Positions 19,851-27,870 of a stretch of DNA of 32,000 nucleotides are shown here, in pieces. Position numbers and translations under genes: made by a program. Each line of letters opens with the position of its first letter. Within the stretch, counting starts at the first letter, position 1. Below the pieces are notes generated by a model that was not told the origin of the DNA, made no database searches, and saw only the letters and a program-made list of their open reading frames with translations. The stretch spans positions 300,001 through 332,000 of the forward strand of contig NC_014729.1 in the NCBI RefSeq assembly GCF_000172995.2, given 5' to 3'. The DNA comes from Halogeometricum borinquense DSM 11551. Lineage in GTDB: Archaea; Halobacteriota; Halobacteria; Halobacteriales; Haloferacaceae.

Positions 19851-21035
19851 TCAGAACTCGCCCGTTACGATGTCCGCGACTCGCTGGCGGTCGAACAACT
19901 TCTCGTCGCTGGTTACGTCTCCGAAGACATCGGGGTACAACTGTTTCGCGCCTCGCTCGGTCAGGAACAGGTTGTGAATCGGCCCTTGATAGAGATACCC
20001 GCCGCGGTAGACGCGGCCGTTCTGCACGGCTGTCAGTTCGCTCCCGACGGGATGGTCTCGCATGAATTCGAGAACCGTCTCGCGGAACTCGGTCGCGGAC
20101 TTTCGCTCGTGGGCGCGCAGCATGATCACGTCGGGGTCGATTTCGAGCATCGTCTCGTAATCGATGCGCCCGCGGTCGGTCGTACTGATTCCGTGGATTC
20201 CCGTTCCGGACAGTGCATCGCTGACGCCGAGGTCACGCCACTGCTTTTTGCTCGTCCCTCTGTCGTTGAGACGGTACGGCGAGAACGTCTCCGGCTCGTC
20301 GCTTCCCTCGTAGACTAACAGTACGTTTGGCCGCTCGTCTGCCGGCGGAAGCTGTCGCTGAATCTCTGCGATGAACTCGTCGTGAAGCGACTGGAACGCG
20401 TTGAACCGCTCTTCTTCCTGAAAGAGTTGGGCGACCTTCTCGAACGCCTCATAGAGCGTGTAATATCGGTAGTCGTGCCACTTGTCCTCTCGACGGAAGA
20501 TGAGATTGCCGAAGAACGGACCCACGTTCGTCGCTATCTCGTCAACGTCCGTTTCGCTCCAGCCGAACCAGTTGACGAGCATCTGCGGGTCCATCAGGTG
20601 AACGTCGTTGTCGAGTTCGTAGAACACCTCCTTCGACATGTCCGCGTCACCCAAATCGTTCGCTTCGAGCGTCTCTCGCTCGACGCTCACCCCGGGTAAC
20701 TCGTCGTACACGTCGGTGTAGTATCGGTCCGATCCGCCGATCCCCGTCATTCCGTCCGTCTTACCGAGTGCGACGCCCATGTCGGCGTAGCCGCCGTCGT
20801 ATGCGACCCACCGATCAGGGACCGACTCGAACGTGAGTTCTCCGACCGGTTCCATCGAAACCGTGTACGAACCGCTTTCCTCGGCCGTCTCCGTTTCCGT
20901 GTCTGCTGTGGGCGACGTGTTACCCTCCGATTCGCCCGTACACCCCGCTAGTAATCCCCCTGCGAGGACTGCACCACCGTACGTTATCCACTCTCTCCGT
21001 GTCGATTTTCCGCATTCCGTGTCGTTTTTCGCCAT
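19851..21035 (-). CDS. ABC-type substrate-binding lipoprotein, Peripla_BP_2 class (iron-chelate/cobalamin type), orphan
   Basis: Tat-like 'STRREWITYGG', lipobox 'LAGC' and an acidic Thr/Glu linker. The overall pattern is BtuF/FhuD-like ('NVLLVY', 'IDPDVIML', 'AVQNGRVY'). I place the start at the ATG at 21035, and the track uses a GTG at 21050. No permease or ATPase gene is adjacent. Confidence 0.75.
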   Translation of the reverse strand: MAKNDTECGKSTRREWITYGGAVLAGGLLAGCTGESEGNTSPTADTETETAEESGSYTVSMEPVGELTFESVPDRWVAYDGGYADMGVALGKTDGMTGIGGSDRYYTDVYDELPGVSVERETLEANDLGDADMSKEVFYELDNDVHLMDPQMLVNWFGWSETDVDEIATNVGPFFGNLIFRREDKWHDYRYYTLYEAFEKVAQLFQEEERFNAFQSLHDEFIAEIQRQLPPADERPNVLLVYEGSDEPETFSPYRLNDRGTSKKQWRDLGVSDALSGTGIHGISTTDRGRIDYETMLEIDPDVIMLRAHERKSATEFRETVLEFMRDHPVGSELTAVQNGRVYRGGYLYQGPIHNLFLTERGAKQLYPDVFGDVTSDEKLFDRQRVADIVTGEF

Positions 21036-21040
21036 ACGAA

Positions 21041-21089
21041 TTAGGCTCACCTAAAACAATATAACTACACTGGTTTTAGGCGGGCCTAA
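21041..21089. promoter_or_regulatory. Imperfect 17-bp inverted repeat flanking the TATA box of the orphan binding-protein gene
   Basis: 'ttaggctcacctaaaac' (21041-21057) versus the reverse complement of 'gttttaggcgggcctaa' (21073-21089), which match at 15/17 positions. The AT-rich spacer 'aatataactacact' carries the minus-strand 'ttatatt' about 25 nt from the ATG at 21035. Confidence 0.4.
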
Positions 21090-21248
21090 TTATAATGCCG
21101 TCCAGCGCTCGTGTGGTCAAACGCTTCGAGCAGATTCGATTGCGATGTTTCGGAAGGCGACAACGCCCTATTTTATACGTCCTTCTGAGCTACTGCCGAT
21201 GTCAGGGGCACCCGTTCCGTACGGGGGTTTTTCCGATTCAGCTTTTTG

Positions 21249-22550
21249 TCACAGATTCGCAGTGAACGCATCGAACGCTCCGCTCTCCGCGTGGAGGTGA
21301 CAGTAGGTTCCGAGCGTCCGGTATTCGGTCAACCCGTCGGAACTGTCCTGAATGCCGCTCCCTCTGACGACGTCGAACGCGAACCGCGCGTCCGACGCGA
21401 CATCGGCGCTGGAGTAGTGGAACTCGTGTCCTCTGAGGCGGTCACCTTGGCTTGCGGTGAGCGTGTCCGTCTTCGCGCGGAGTTCGACGTGATCGAGCGC
21501 CTGATAGCGGTCGCACATCTGTACGTCCGCTGGGAGCACGCCGGCCATCTCGTACGTTCCCTCGTCAGTCGTCAACGATTCGGTGAGCGCCATCAGTCCG
21601 CCGCACTCGCCTATCACTGGCAGTCCGTCCGCGGCGCGAGCGGCGATGTCGTCGAGCGTCGGGCTTCCTTCTAGTTCCGAGCCGTGGAGTTCCGGATAGC
21701 CACCGGGTAGGTAGACGCCGTCGCAGTCCGGGAGGTTGTCACCGGCAATCGGAGAGAACGTCACCACCTCCGCCCGCTCTCGAAGTCGCTCGATAGTCGC
21801 CGGATAGGCGAAGCAGAACGCGGCGTCGCTGGCGACGGCGACGCGCGACCCGGTCTCTGTCCGCTTGTCTGCCTCGCGCTGCGCCGGGCGCGGTGGCTCG
21901 CGCGCGGCATCCACCAATCGGTCGGTCCGAATCGTCTCTGCCGCTTCCGAGAGCGCGTCCGGTTCGAGCGGCGACTCCTCGCCCATGTGGAGGCCGAGAT
22001 GTCGGTCCGGAATTTCGAGATTCGACCGCGGTGGGATACGCCCGAAGTACGCCATCCCGTCCGGAAGCGCCTCTTTGATGCCGTCCTCGTGCCGGCCGCC
22101 GTGCGCCCGCTGTGCGATGATCCCGGCCACGTCGATGTCGCGTCCGGCGTGCGACGCGTACTCGCGGAAGCCGTGGGCCGTCGCGGCGACGCTCTCCATG
22201 CCGGCTTTCGCATCGACGACCAGCACGACTGGCACGTCGAGCGCGTCAGCGACCATGGCGGTACTGGAGCAGTCGCCGTCGTACAGCCCCATCACGCCTT
22301 CGACGACGCAGATGTCGCCGTCGCCGCGGTGGTAGTTGCGCCGAACGCCGTCATCGCCTTCGAGCCACAGGTCAAGCGTCCGCGAAGGGCGTCCCGCAAC
22401 GCGTTCGTGATGACTCGGATCGATGAAGTCGGGGCCGGCTTTCGCAGGCTGGACGGTGTAGCCGTCGTCCTGAAGCGCTTGTACGATAGCCAGCGTTGCG
22501 ACGGTCTTTCCGACGCCGGACTTCGTCCCCGCAAGAACGAATCCGTCCAT
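21249..22550 (-). CDS. cbiA: Cobyrinate a,c-diamide synthase
   Basis: N-terminal P-loop 'AGTKSGVGKTVATLAIV', 'AKAGPDFIDPSHH', and a GATase nucleophile region 'PVIGECGGLMAL'. Confidence 0.9.
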   Translation of the reverse strand: MDGFVLAGTKSGVGKTVATLAIVQALQDDGYTVQPAKAGPDFIDPSHHERVAGRPSRTLDLWLEGDDGVRRNYHRGDGDICVVEGVMGLYDGDCSSTAMVADALDVPVVLVVDAKAGMESVAATAHGFREYASHAGRDIDVAGIIAQRAHGGRHEDGIKEALPDGMAYFGRIPPRSNLEIPDRHLGLHMGEESPLEPDALSEAAETIRTDRLVDAAREPPRPAQREADKRTETGSRVAVASDAAFCFAYPATIERLRERAEVVTFSPIAGDNLPDCDGVYLPGGYPELHGSELEGSPTLDDIAARAADGLPVIGECGGLMALTESLTTDEGTYEMAGVLPADVQMCDRYQALDHVELRAKTDTLTASQGDRLRGHEFHYSSADVASDARFAFDVVRGSGIQDSSDGLTEYRTLGTYCHLHAESGAFDAFTANL

Positions 22551-23338
22551 TAGTCGTCCTCCAGTGTGACGGGTGCGCGAACAGCGAGCACCGAGAGATC
22601 CGAGTACGGCGTCGATTCGGGTCCGCTTCCGCCCGCCGATTCGCGCAGTTCGCCGAGCGTCGTCCGCGTGATCTGTTCGTCGTCGTGCGTCAACCGTTCG
22701 AGAACGAGCGCTTCCAGCGACCTGTCAGCACCCGATTCGAGCAGCAGTTTGGCGATATCGCCGGGCATCCAGTCGAACGGCCGCGGCAGAACTAACAGAT
22801 GTCGTTCACCAACTACTTCGGTCAGACGGTCGAGATCGGCATCGAGCGAGCCGCTCTTGTGAAGTGTGACGAATCGTGTGTCTTCCATCGGCGTCCGCGC
22901 GCGACTCGCGGCGATCTGTAGCGAGGAAATTCCCGGAATCGCCTTGACCGGTCGCTCGACGACCTGCTGGACCTTTCCGAGGAACTGATACCCAGAGTGG
23001 TTCGGGTCGCCCATCAGTACCGCCGTCCCGCGCTCGCCGTCTGCGACGCGTTCGGCAAACTCGTTCAGCGCATCGGCCTCGTCCGCGTAGCCGCAGGTGA
23101 GCAGGTCGGCGTCCGTCTCGTCGGCGACGAAATCGACGACCGTCTGGAAGCCGACGACGACATCCGCTTCTTGAATGGCTCGCAGCCCGCGCGGCGTCAG
23201 ATACTCCAGATTCCCGGGCCCGATGCCGACGCCGTAGACTGGGTTGTTGGCCTCCTCGATGGGTGGCTCAGGCTCTGCGGCCGCGAACGTTGCCGGATCC
23301 GGCCCCGAATCGAGGTCGTACGGGTCGTCTTCACTCAT
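22550..23338 (-). CDS. cbiE: Cobalt-precorrin-7 (C5)-methyltransferase / precorrin-6Y methylase CbiE-type
   Basis: Tetrapyrrole-methylase fold with 'VYGVGIGPGNLEYLTPRGLRAIQEADVVVG', 'LMGDPNHSG' and 'IPGISSLQIAASRA'. It is collinear by eye with Salmonella CbiE. The stop overlaps the cbiA ATG (TAATG). Confidence 0.7.
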   Translation of the reverse strand: MSEDDPYDLDSGPDPATFAAAEPEPPIEEANNPVYGVGIGPGNLEYLTPRGLRAIQEADVVVGFQTVVDFVADETDADLLTCGYADEADALNEFAERVADGERGTAVLMGDPNHSGYQFLGKVQQVVERPVKAIPGISSLQIAASRARTPMEDTRFVTLHKSGSLDADLDRLTEVVGERHLLVLPRPFDWMPGDIAKLLLESGADRSLEALVLERLTHDDEQITRTTLGELRESAGGSGPESTPYSDLSVLAVRAPVTLEDD

Positions 23339-24011
23339 GATCCGAGAGGTCCACGTCGCCGTCGCGCACGTCGCTTGCGACGTGAATCAACTCGTTCGTG
23401 AGCGCCGCCGCAAGCCCGCTTCCGCCGCGTTTTCCGACGTTCGTTACGGCGGGGATGTCGTACTCGTCGGCAATGTCGCGGACACGCTTGCGACTCTCCT
23501 CGGCTTTGACGAAGCCGACCGGCGTGGCGACGATTGCCGCCGGTCGGGTTCCGTCCTCGATGCAGTCGGCAAGCGCTAGCGCGCCGGTCGGGGCGTTGCC
23601 GACAACCGCGATAGCGCCGTCGTAGACTCCCTGTTTGTCCAGTTCGAGTACCGACGCCGCGGTTCGGGTCATTCCGGTCTCGGCGGCGAGTTCGGCACCG
23701 TTGCCGATTGCCTTTTTGACCGGGCAGTCGTGCCCGCGACCGGTGATTCCGGCTTTCGCCATCGTGATATCCGTCACGATAGGCTGTTCGTCGAGGACGG
23801 CACGTGCGCCGGCGACGGCCGGGTTGTTCTGACACCGGATGAGATGCTGGAACTCGATGTCGCCGGTCGAGTGAACTGCCTTCTGTCGCAGTCGGTCGTT
23901 CAGCGTCTCGTCGGGGACGAACGTCCGGACGATGTCCATGCTCGTCTCCGCGATTTCCATCGCTTCTTGCGTCGTTGCACCGAGGTCTGCGTAGTCTTCT
24001 TTTTCAGTCAT
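23331..24011 (-). CDS. cbiC: Cobalt-precorrin-8 methylmutase
   Basis: 'RLRQKAVHSTGDIEFQHLI', 'IVTDITMAKAGI', 'AVVGNAPTGALALADCI' and 'IVATPVGFVKAEESK' are CbiC/CobH signatures. The ATG at 24011 overlaps the cobN stop by 8 nt (ATGACTGA). The track ORF extension to 24098 is inside cobN. Confidence 0.85.
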   Translation of the reverse strand: MTEKEDYADLGATTQEAMEIAETSMDIVRTFVPDETLNDRLRQKAVHSTGDIEFQHLIRCQNNPAVAGARAVLDEQPIVTDITMAKAGITGRGHDCPVKKAIGNGAELAAETGMTRTAASVLELDKQGVYDGAIAVVGNAPTGALALADCIEDGTRPAAIVATPVGFVKAEESRKRVRDIADEYDIPAVTNVGKRGGSGLAAALTNELIHVASDVRDGDVDLSDHE

Positions 24012-27000
24012 TGGACTGTGTGACGGTGGTCGTGTTCGCTTCGAGGTCGCCCTCGACCGAGAGGTTGATATCCCGCAACTGTTCTTCGATGTCGTCATCG
24101 GCGTCCCACAGACCGCGGTCGATGGCCTCTAAGAACGTCGCCGTGATGCTTTCGAGCGCCCACGGGTTCACGTCACGCATCCACTCTTGGCGTGACTCGT
24201 CGAAGGCGTAGGCGTCGGCGAGGTTCTCCCAGAGCGTGTCGCTGATGACACCGGTCGTTGCGTCCCAACCGAGTGTGACATCGACCGTCGTCGAGAGGTC
24301 GCCCGCGCCTTTGTAGCCGTGTTCTTCCATGCTGTCGAGCCAATCTGGGTTGAGGACGCGAGCGCGCATCGCCTTGCGAACCTTCTCCTCGTTGGTGTAG
24401 ATCTGAGGGTTGTCCGGATCGCTTGAGTCGCCGACGTACGACGCCGGATCGCTGCCGGAAATCTCGCCGACGGCGGAGACGAACCCGCCGTGGAAGGCGT
24501 ACCAGTCCGAGGAGTCGAACTCGTCCTGCTCGGCTGTGTCTTCGATTTTCACCGTCGCTTCGACGCCGCTCAGGCGTCGTTCGAACGCGTCGTGGGCTTC
24601 GGTCACGCGACCGCGACTCCCGAGGGCGTAGCCACCCCACTGGACGTACACGTCTGCGAGGTCGCTGCGGTCGTCCCACTCGCCCTCATCGACGGCCTTG
24701 TTGGTTCCCGCGCCGTAGCCGCCGGGCGTCGTCGTGAACACGCGGTGTTTGGCGAGTTTTTCGGCGTCGCCTTCGTCAACGCCGTCGTCTTCTAACTCCG
24801 CAGTGTCCTCCTCGACGTGCTTTTTGACGTAGTTCATGTCGTGCGGTTCGTCCAGATCGACCACCGCATCGACGGCGTCGTTGATGACGCTCGCCGCTTG
24901 CGGGAACGCGTCGCGGAACAGCCCCGAGACGCGCGTCGTCACGTCAACGCGGGGACGACCGAGTTCATCGAGCGGAATCGGCTCCACGTCGTCGATGCGG
25001 CCCGCGTCGGTCCAGACCGGTTCCACACCCATGAACGCGAGTACCTGCGCAATCGTCTCGCCGCGCGTTCGAACGGTCGGTGTTCCCCACGCGACGACAC
25101 CGAACTCCTCTGGGTACTCGTCGTGGTCGTCGTAGTGCCGTTCAAGAACGCCTTCAGCGACGCGTTTGCCAACGTCCCACGCCGGCTTTGCGGGCACTTT
25201 GCGAGGATCGAGCGTGTAGAAGTTCCGGCCCGTCGGGAGCAGGTCTACCCCGCCGCGGGTCGGTGCGCCGCTTCCGCCCGGTCGGACGTACTCGCCGTCG
25301 AGTGCGTCCGCAGTTTGCGGAATCTCGTCGGCAGCAGCAGCAACGCGCGGAGCGGCTTCCTCGCAGATGAACGCCAGCACTTCGCGGAGGTCATCGTGTG
25401 CGCCGCGCTTTGCTTTCGCGTCGCCCAATTGGTCGATATCCACGACGAGGAGGTTCATGTTCACCTCGTCGTCGGCGTCGGCTTCGACCTCCGATTCGGG
25501 TACGTCGAAGTCGTGTTCCGCGAGGGTTTCGACCAACTCCACGCACTGGTCGTAGACGTGGTCTGCGGCCTCCGAAAGGTACATTCCGAGTGCTTCGTCG
25601 TAAGCTCCCGGTTCGTCACGCATTCGGTCGTAATCGACGCCCATGACGCCCGCGACGCTCTCTCGAAGACTCGGCGTGTCGGCGTTCGGAAGTCTGGTGA
25701 GGGCGACGAGGTACTCCACGAGGCGGTCGTCCGCCGGTGGTTCGCTCATCGTGTGCAGACCCATCCGAATCTGCGTCGTCTTCACGTCGGTCAGGTACTC
25801 GTGGATTCGCTCGACGAGTTCGTCGAACTCTGTCGTCTCCAAATCGTGAACGTCGTCGAGATCCTCGAATCCGAGTTCGACTGCGAGGTCGAGATCATCG
25901 ACCGCTTCCAAGACGAGTTCGCGGAGGTGTTCGCCGCGGTCCGGTCGCGCCTCGTCCATACCCGCTTCGCGGTACTCTCGGGCGAGTTCTTCGAGGTCCG
26001 AAAGGTCGTCGTACGTCCCGGCGGTTCGCATGACCGGCGTGAGGTAATCGACGATAGCCGCGTACGACCGCCGTTTGGCCTGTGTGCCCTCGCCGGGGTT
26101 GTTGACGATGTACGGATAGACGTTCGGCAGGTCGCCGACTAGCTGGTCCGGCGCGCTCTCGGCGTTCAAGCCGACGGTCTTGCCCGGAAGCCATTCGAGG
26201 CTCCCGTGGGTGCCGAGATGGACGACAGCGTCGGCGTCGAACTCTTCCCGCATCCACGCGTAGAAGGCGAGGTAGTCGTGCGGCGGTTGGAGGTCCGAGT
26301 CGTGGTAGACTTTCGAGGGGTCCATCCCGAATCCGCGCGGCGGTTGGACGGTGACGAGGACGTTCTCGAATTCAACGCCGGGAATCGCAAAGGGTCGTTC
26401 CGGCGGTTCACCCCACTCCTCGATCAGGTGGTCTTGGAACCGCTCGTCGGTCGCCTCGAACCAGTCTTCGTACTGGTCGGGTGAGACGACATCGACGCTG
26501 AGGTCGCGTACGTCCTCGGGGGCGACCCAGCGGTCGTCAAGCGTTAGCTGCGAGGTGAGGTCGTCGATGAGCGACTGTCCGTCCGTCGGCGGGTCGCCAA
26601 CGGTGTAGCCGCGACTGTCGAGTTCGTGCAGGAGGTTGACCGTGCTGGCTGGCGTATCGAGTCCGAACGCCGTGCCGATGCCGTCGTCGCTCGGCGGGTA
26701 GTTGTGGAGGACGACGGCGACCTTTTTCTCGTCGTTCGGCAGATATCGCAGATTCGCCCAGTTGACCGCGAGTCGAGCGACGTGGTCGATACGGTCTTCG
26801 ATTGGGAAGTGTTGCTTCGGCGCGCTGCCGACGCCCGCTTCGTCTTCCATCCGCTCTTTCCCGCTGATCGGATGCGTGATGACGTTCCCGTCGAACTCGG
26901 GGAGAGCGACCGACAGGGCGAGTTCGAAGCCCATGACGCCGGTATCGCTCCCTTCGTACCGCGACCGAGAGCGCATCGTCGTAATCGCCTGTAGGACCGG

Positions 27001-27822
27001 TACGCCGAGTTCGGTGAGGAAGACATCCTCCGCGTCGTCACCTTCATCGGCCGCGTCCCGCCCCCGCTCGCTCATCGAGAGCGAGAACATGAACGAACTC
27101 ACCACAGCGTCAACAATCGGACCGTCGTCGTCTGAGAACCAGTTTCGGGCGACCCATTCGGCGTTTTCCTGTCCCTCTTCGTCGGTCGCAGGGTTACAGA
27201 ACGCAGGGAGGACGTTCACGCCGAGAGATTCTAATCGGCGTACCAGCGCATCGACGTACCGCGTGTTCGCGTGCGTCCAGTGTGACTCGTAGAACCAGAC
27301 GCCGACTGTCGGGTCGTCGGGGTCGAACGTTTCGCGTAACTCTTCGTACTCGATGCCGGGGTAATCCGGGTGGTACACGCCTTCCGTCGGGAGACTGACC
27401 GGGTCTTCAACGTCCGTGTCGAAGTCGTCGTACTCGGCGGCGAGAAACCGACAGAGGTTCTCGATGTTCACGACGCCGCCGCGTTCGAGATACTCGACTG
27501 CCCGCTCTCGGTCGGCGTCGGAGACGCTCGTATCTCGAAGTGCGAAGGCGTCGCCCGTGGACTTGACGACGAGCGGAACGCCAGCCTCGGAGAGCCGTTC
27601 GACGGCGTGGTCGTATCCGGGCATGCTGTCCTCGTCCCCGTGTAACCAGAGTACGACCGCCGTCGCCGACTCCACCTCGTCGATGAACGCATCGACGTCG
27701 GTCACCTCATCGAGGTCGCCCGACGACCGGACGACGAAATCGATTCCGTCGAGTCGCTGTGCGGCTTGCTGGACTGCCCCCAACTCGTTCTCAGTCGCCG
27801 TGTACAGGCCGATTGTTGGCAT
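24004..27822 (-). CDS. cobN: Cobaltochelatase large subunit CobN
   Basis: 1272 aa, CobN/BchH-family length. Motifs include 'VHLGTHGSLEWLPGK', 'NVYPYIVNNPGEGTQAKRR', 'GEYVRPGGSGAPTRG' and 'LLPTGRNFY'. Confidence 0.92.
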   Translation of the reverse strand: MPTIGLYTATENELGAVQQAAQRLDGIDFVVRSSGDLDEVTDVDAFIDEVESATAVVLWLHGDEDSMPGYDHAVERLSEAGVPLVVKSTGDAFALRDTSVSDADRERAVEYLERGGVVNIENLCRFLAAEYDDFDTDVEDPVSLPTEGVYHPDYPGIEYEELRETFDPDDPTVGVWFYESHWTHANTRYVDALVRRLESLGVNVLPAFCNPATDEEGQENAEWVARNWFSDDDGPIVDAVVSSFMFSLSMSERGRDAADEGDDAEDVFLTELGVPVLQAITTMRSRSRYEGSDTGVMGFELALSVALPEFDGNVITHPISGKERMEDEAGVGSAPKQHFPIEDRIDHVARLAVNWANLRYLPNDEKKVAVVLHNYPPSDDGIGTAFGLDTPASTVNLLHELDSRGYTVGDPPTDGQSLIDDLTSQLTLDDRWVAPEDVRDLSVDVVSPDQYEDWFEATDERFQDHLIEEWGEPPERPFAIPGVEFENVLVTVQPPRGFGMDPSKVYHDSDLQPPHDYLAFYAWMREEFDADAVVHLGTHGSLEWLPGKTVGLNAESAPDQLVGDLPNVYPYIVNNPGEGTQAKRRSYAAIVDYLTPVMRTAGTYDDLSDLEELAREYREAGMDEARPDRGEHLRELVLEAVDDLDLAVELGFEDLDDVHDLETTEFDELVERIHEYLTDVKTTQIRMGLHTMSEPPADDRLVEYLVALTRLPNADTPSLRESVAGVMGVDYDRMRDEPGAYDEALGMYLSEAADHVYDQCVELVETLAEHDFDVPESEVEADADDEVNMNLLVVDIDQLGDAKAKRGAHDDLREVLAFICEEAAPRVAAAADEIPQTADALDGEYVRPGGSGAPTRGGVDLLPTGRNFYTLDPRKVPAKPAWDVGKRVAEGVLERHYDDHDEYPEEFGVVAWGTPTVRTRGETIAQVLAFMGVEPVWTDAGRIDDVEPIPLDELGRPRVDVTTRVSGLFRDAFPQAASVINDAVDAVVDLDEPHDMNYVKKHVEEDTAELEDDGVDEGDAEKLAKHRVFTTTPGGYGAGTNKAVDEGEWDDRSDLADVYVQWGGYALGSRGRVTEAHDAFERRLSGVEATVKIEDTAEQDEFDSSDWYAFHGGFVSAVGEISGSDPASYVGDSSDPDNPQIYTNEEKVRKAMRARVLNPDWLDSMEEHGYKGAGDLSTTVDVTLGWDATTGVISDTLWENLADAYAFDESRQEWMRDVNPWALESITATFLEAIDRGLWDADDDIEEQLRDINLSVEGDLEANTTTVTQSND

Positions 27823-27870
27823 CTTTTGGTAAATTATTATTGTCCTACTACAAGTATGATTTCATATCTC
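27823..27870. promoter_or_regulatory. Very short AT-rich divergent promoter between cobN and chlID
   Basis: 'cttttggtaaattattattgtcctactacaagtatgatttcatatctc'. Only 33-48 nt separate the two start codons. Confidence 0.4.

Noticed and set aside
21165-21236. TATA-like 'ttttatac' (21171) followed about 35 nt later by the hairpin cccgt-tccgt-acggg and T5, a possible tiny plus-strand sRNA between cbiA and the binding-protein gene.
   Set aside because: The stem is only 5 bp, the predicted RNA is about 33 nt, and there is no supporting conservation or expression information. The TATA could equally serve the minus strand.
24817-26142. 441-aa ORF on the plus strand, opposite cobN. Similar long antisense ORFs occur at 28321..29412, 28737..29633, 12822..13544, 13751..15094, 15821..16597, 16969..17736, 18411..19073, 19557..20318, 21987..22553, 30151..30849, 31034..31660 and 30..656.
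   Set aside because: These are shadow ORFs typical of a high-GC genome. Their translations are Arg/Val/Asp/His- or Arg/Pro/Ser-rich low-information strings with no recognisable motifs. The opposite strand carries clearly homologous genes with proper starts and haloarchaeal acidic composition.
27766-27870. Upstream start of the chlID ORF that overlaps the cobN 5' end.
   Set aside because: ChlI-family homology begins at 'LPFPAIVGQEE', just after the ATGs at 27856/27871. The upstream part overlaps the divergent cobN coding start and the shared promoter.
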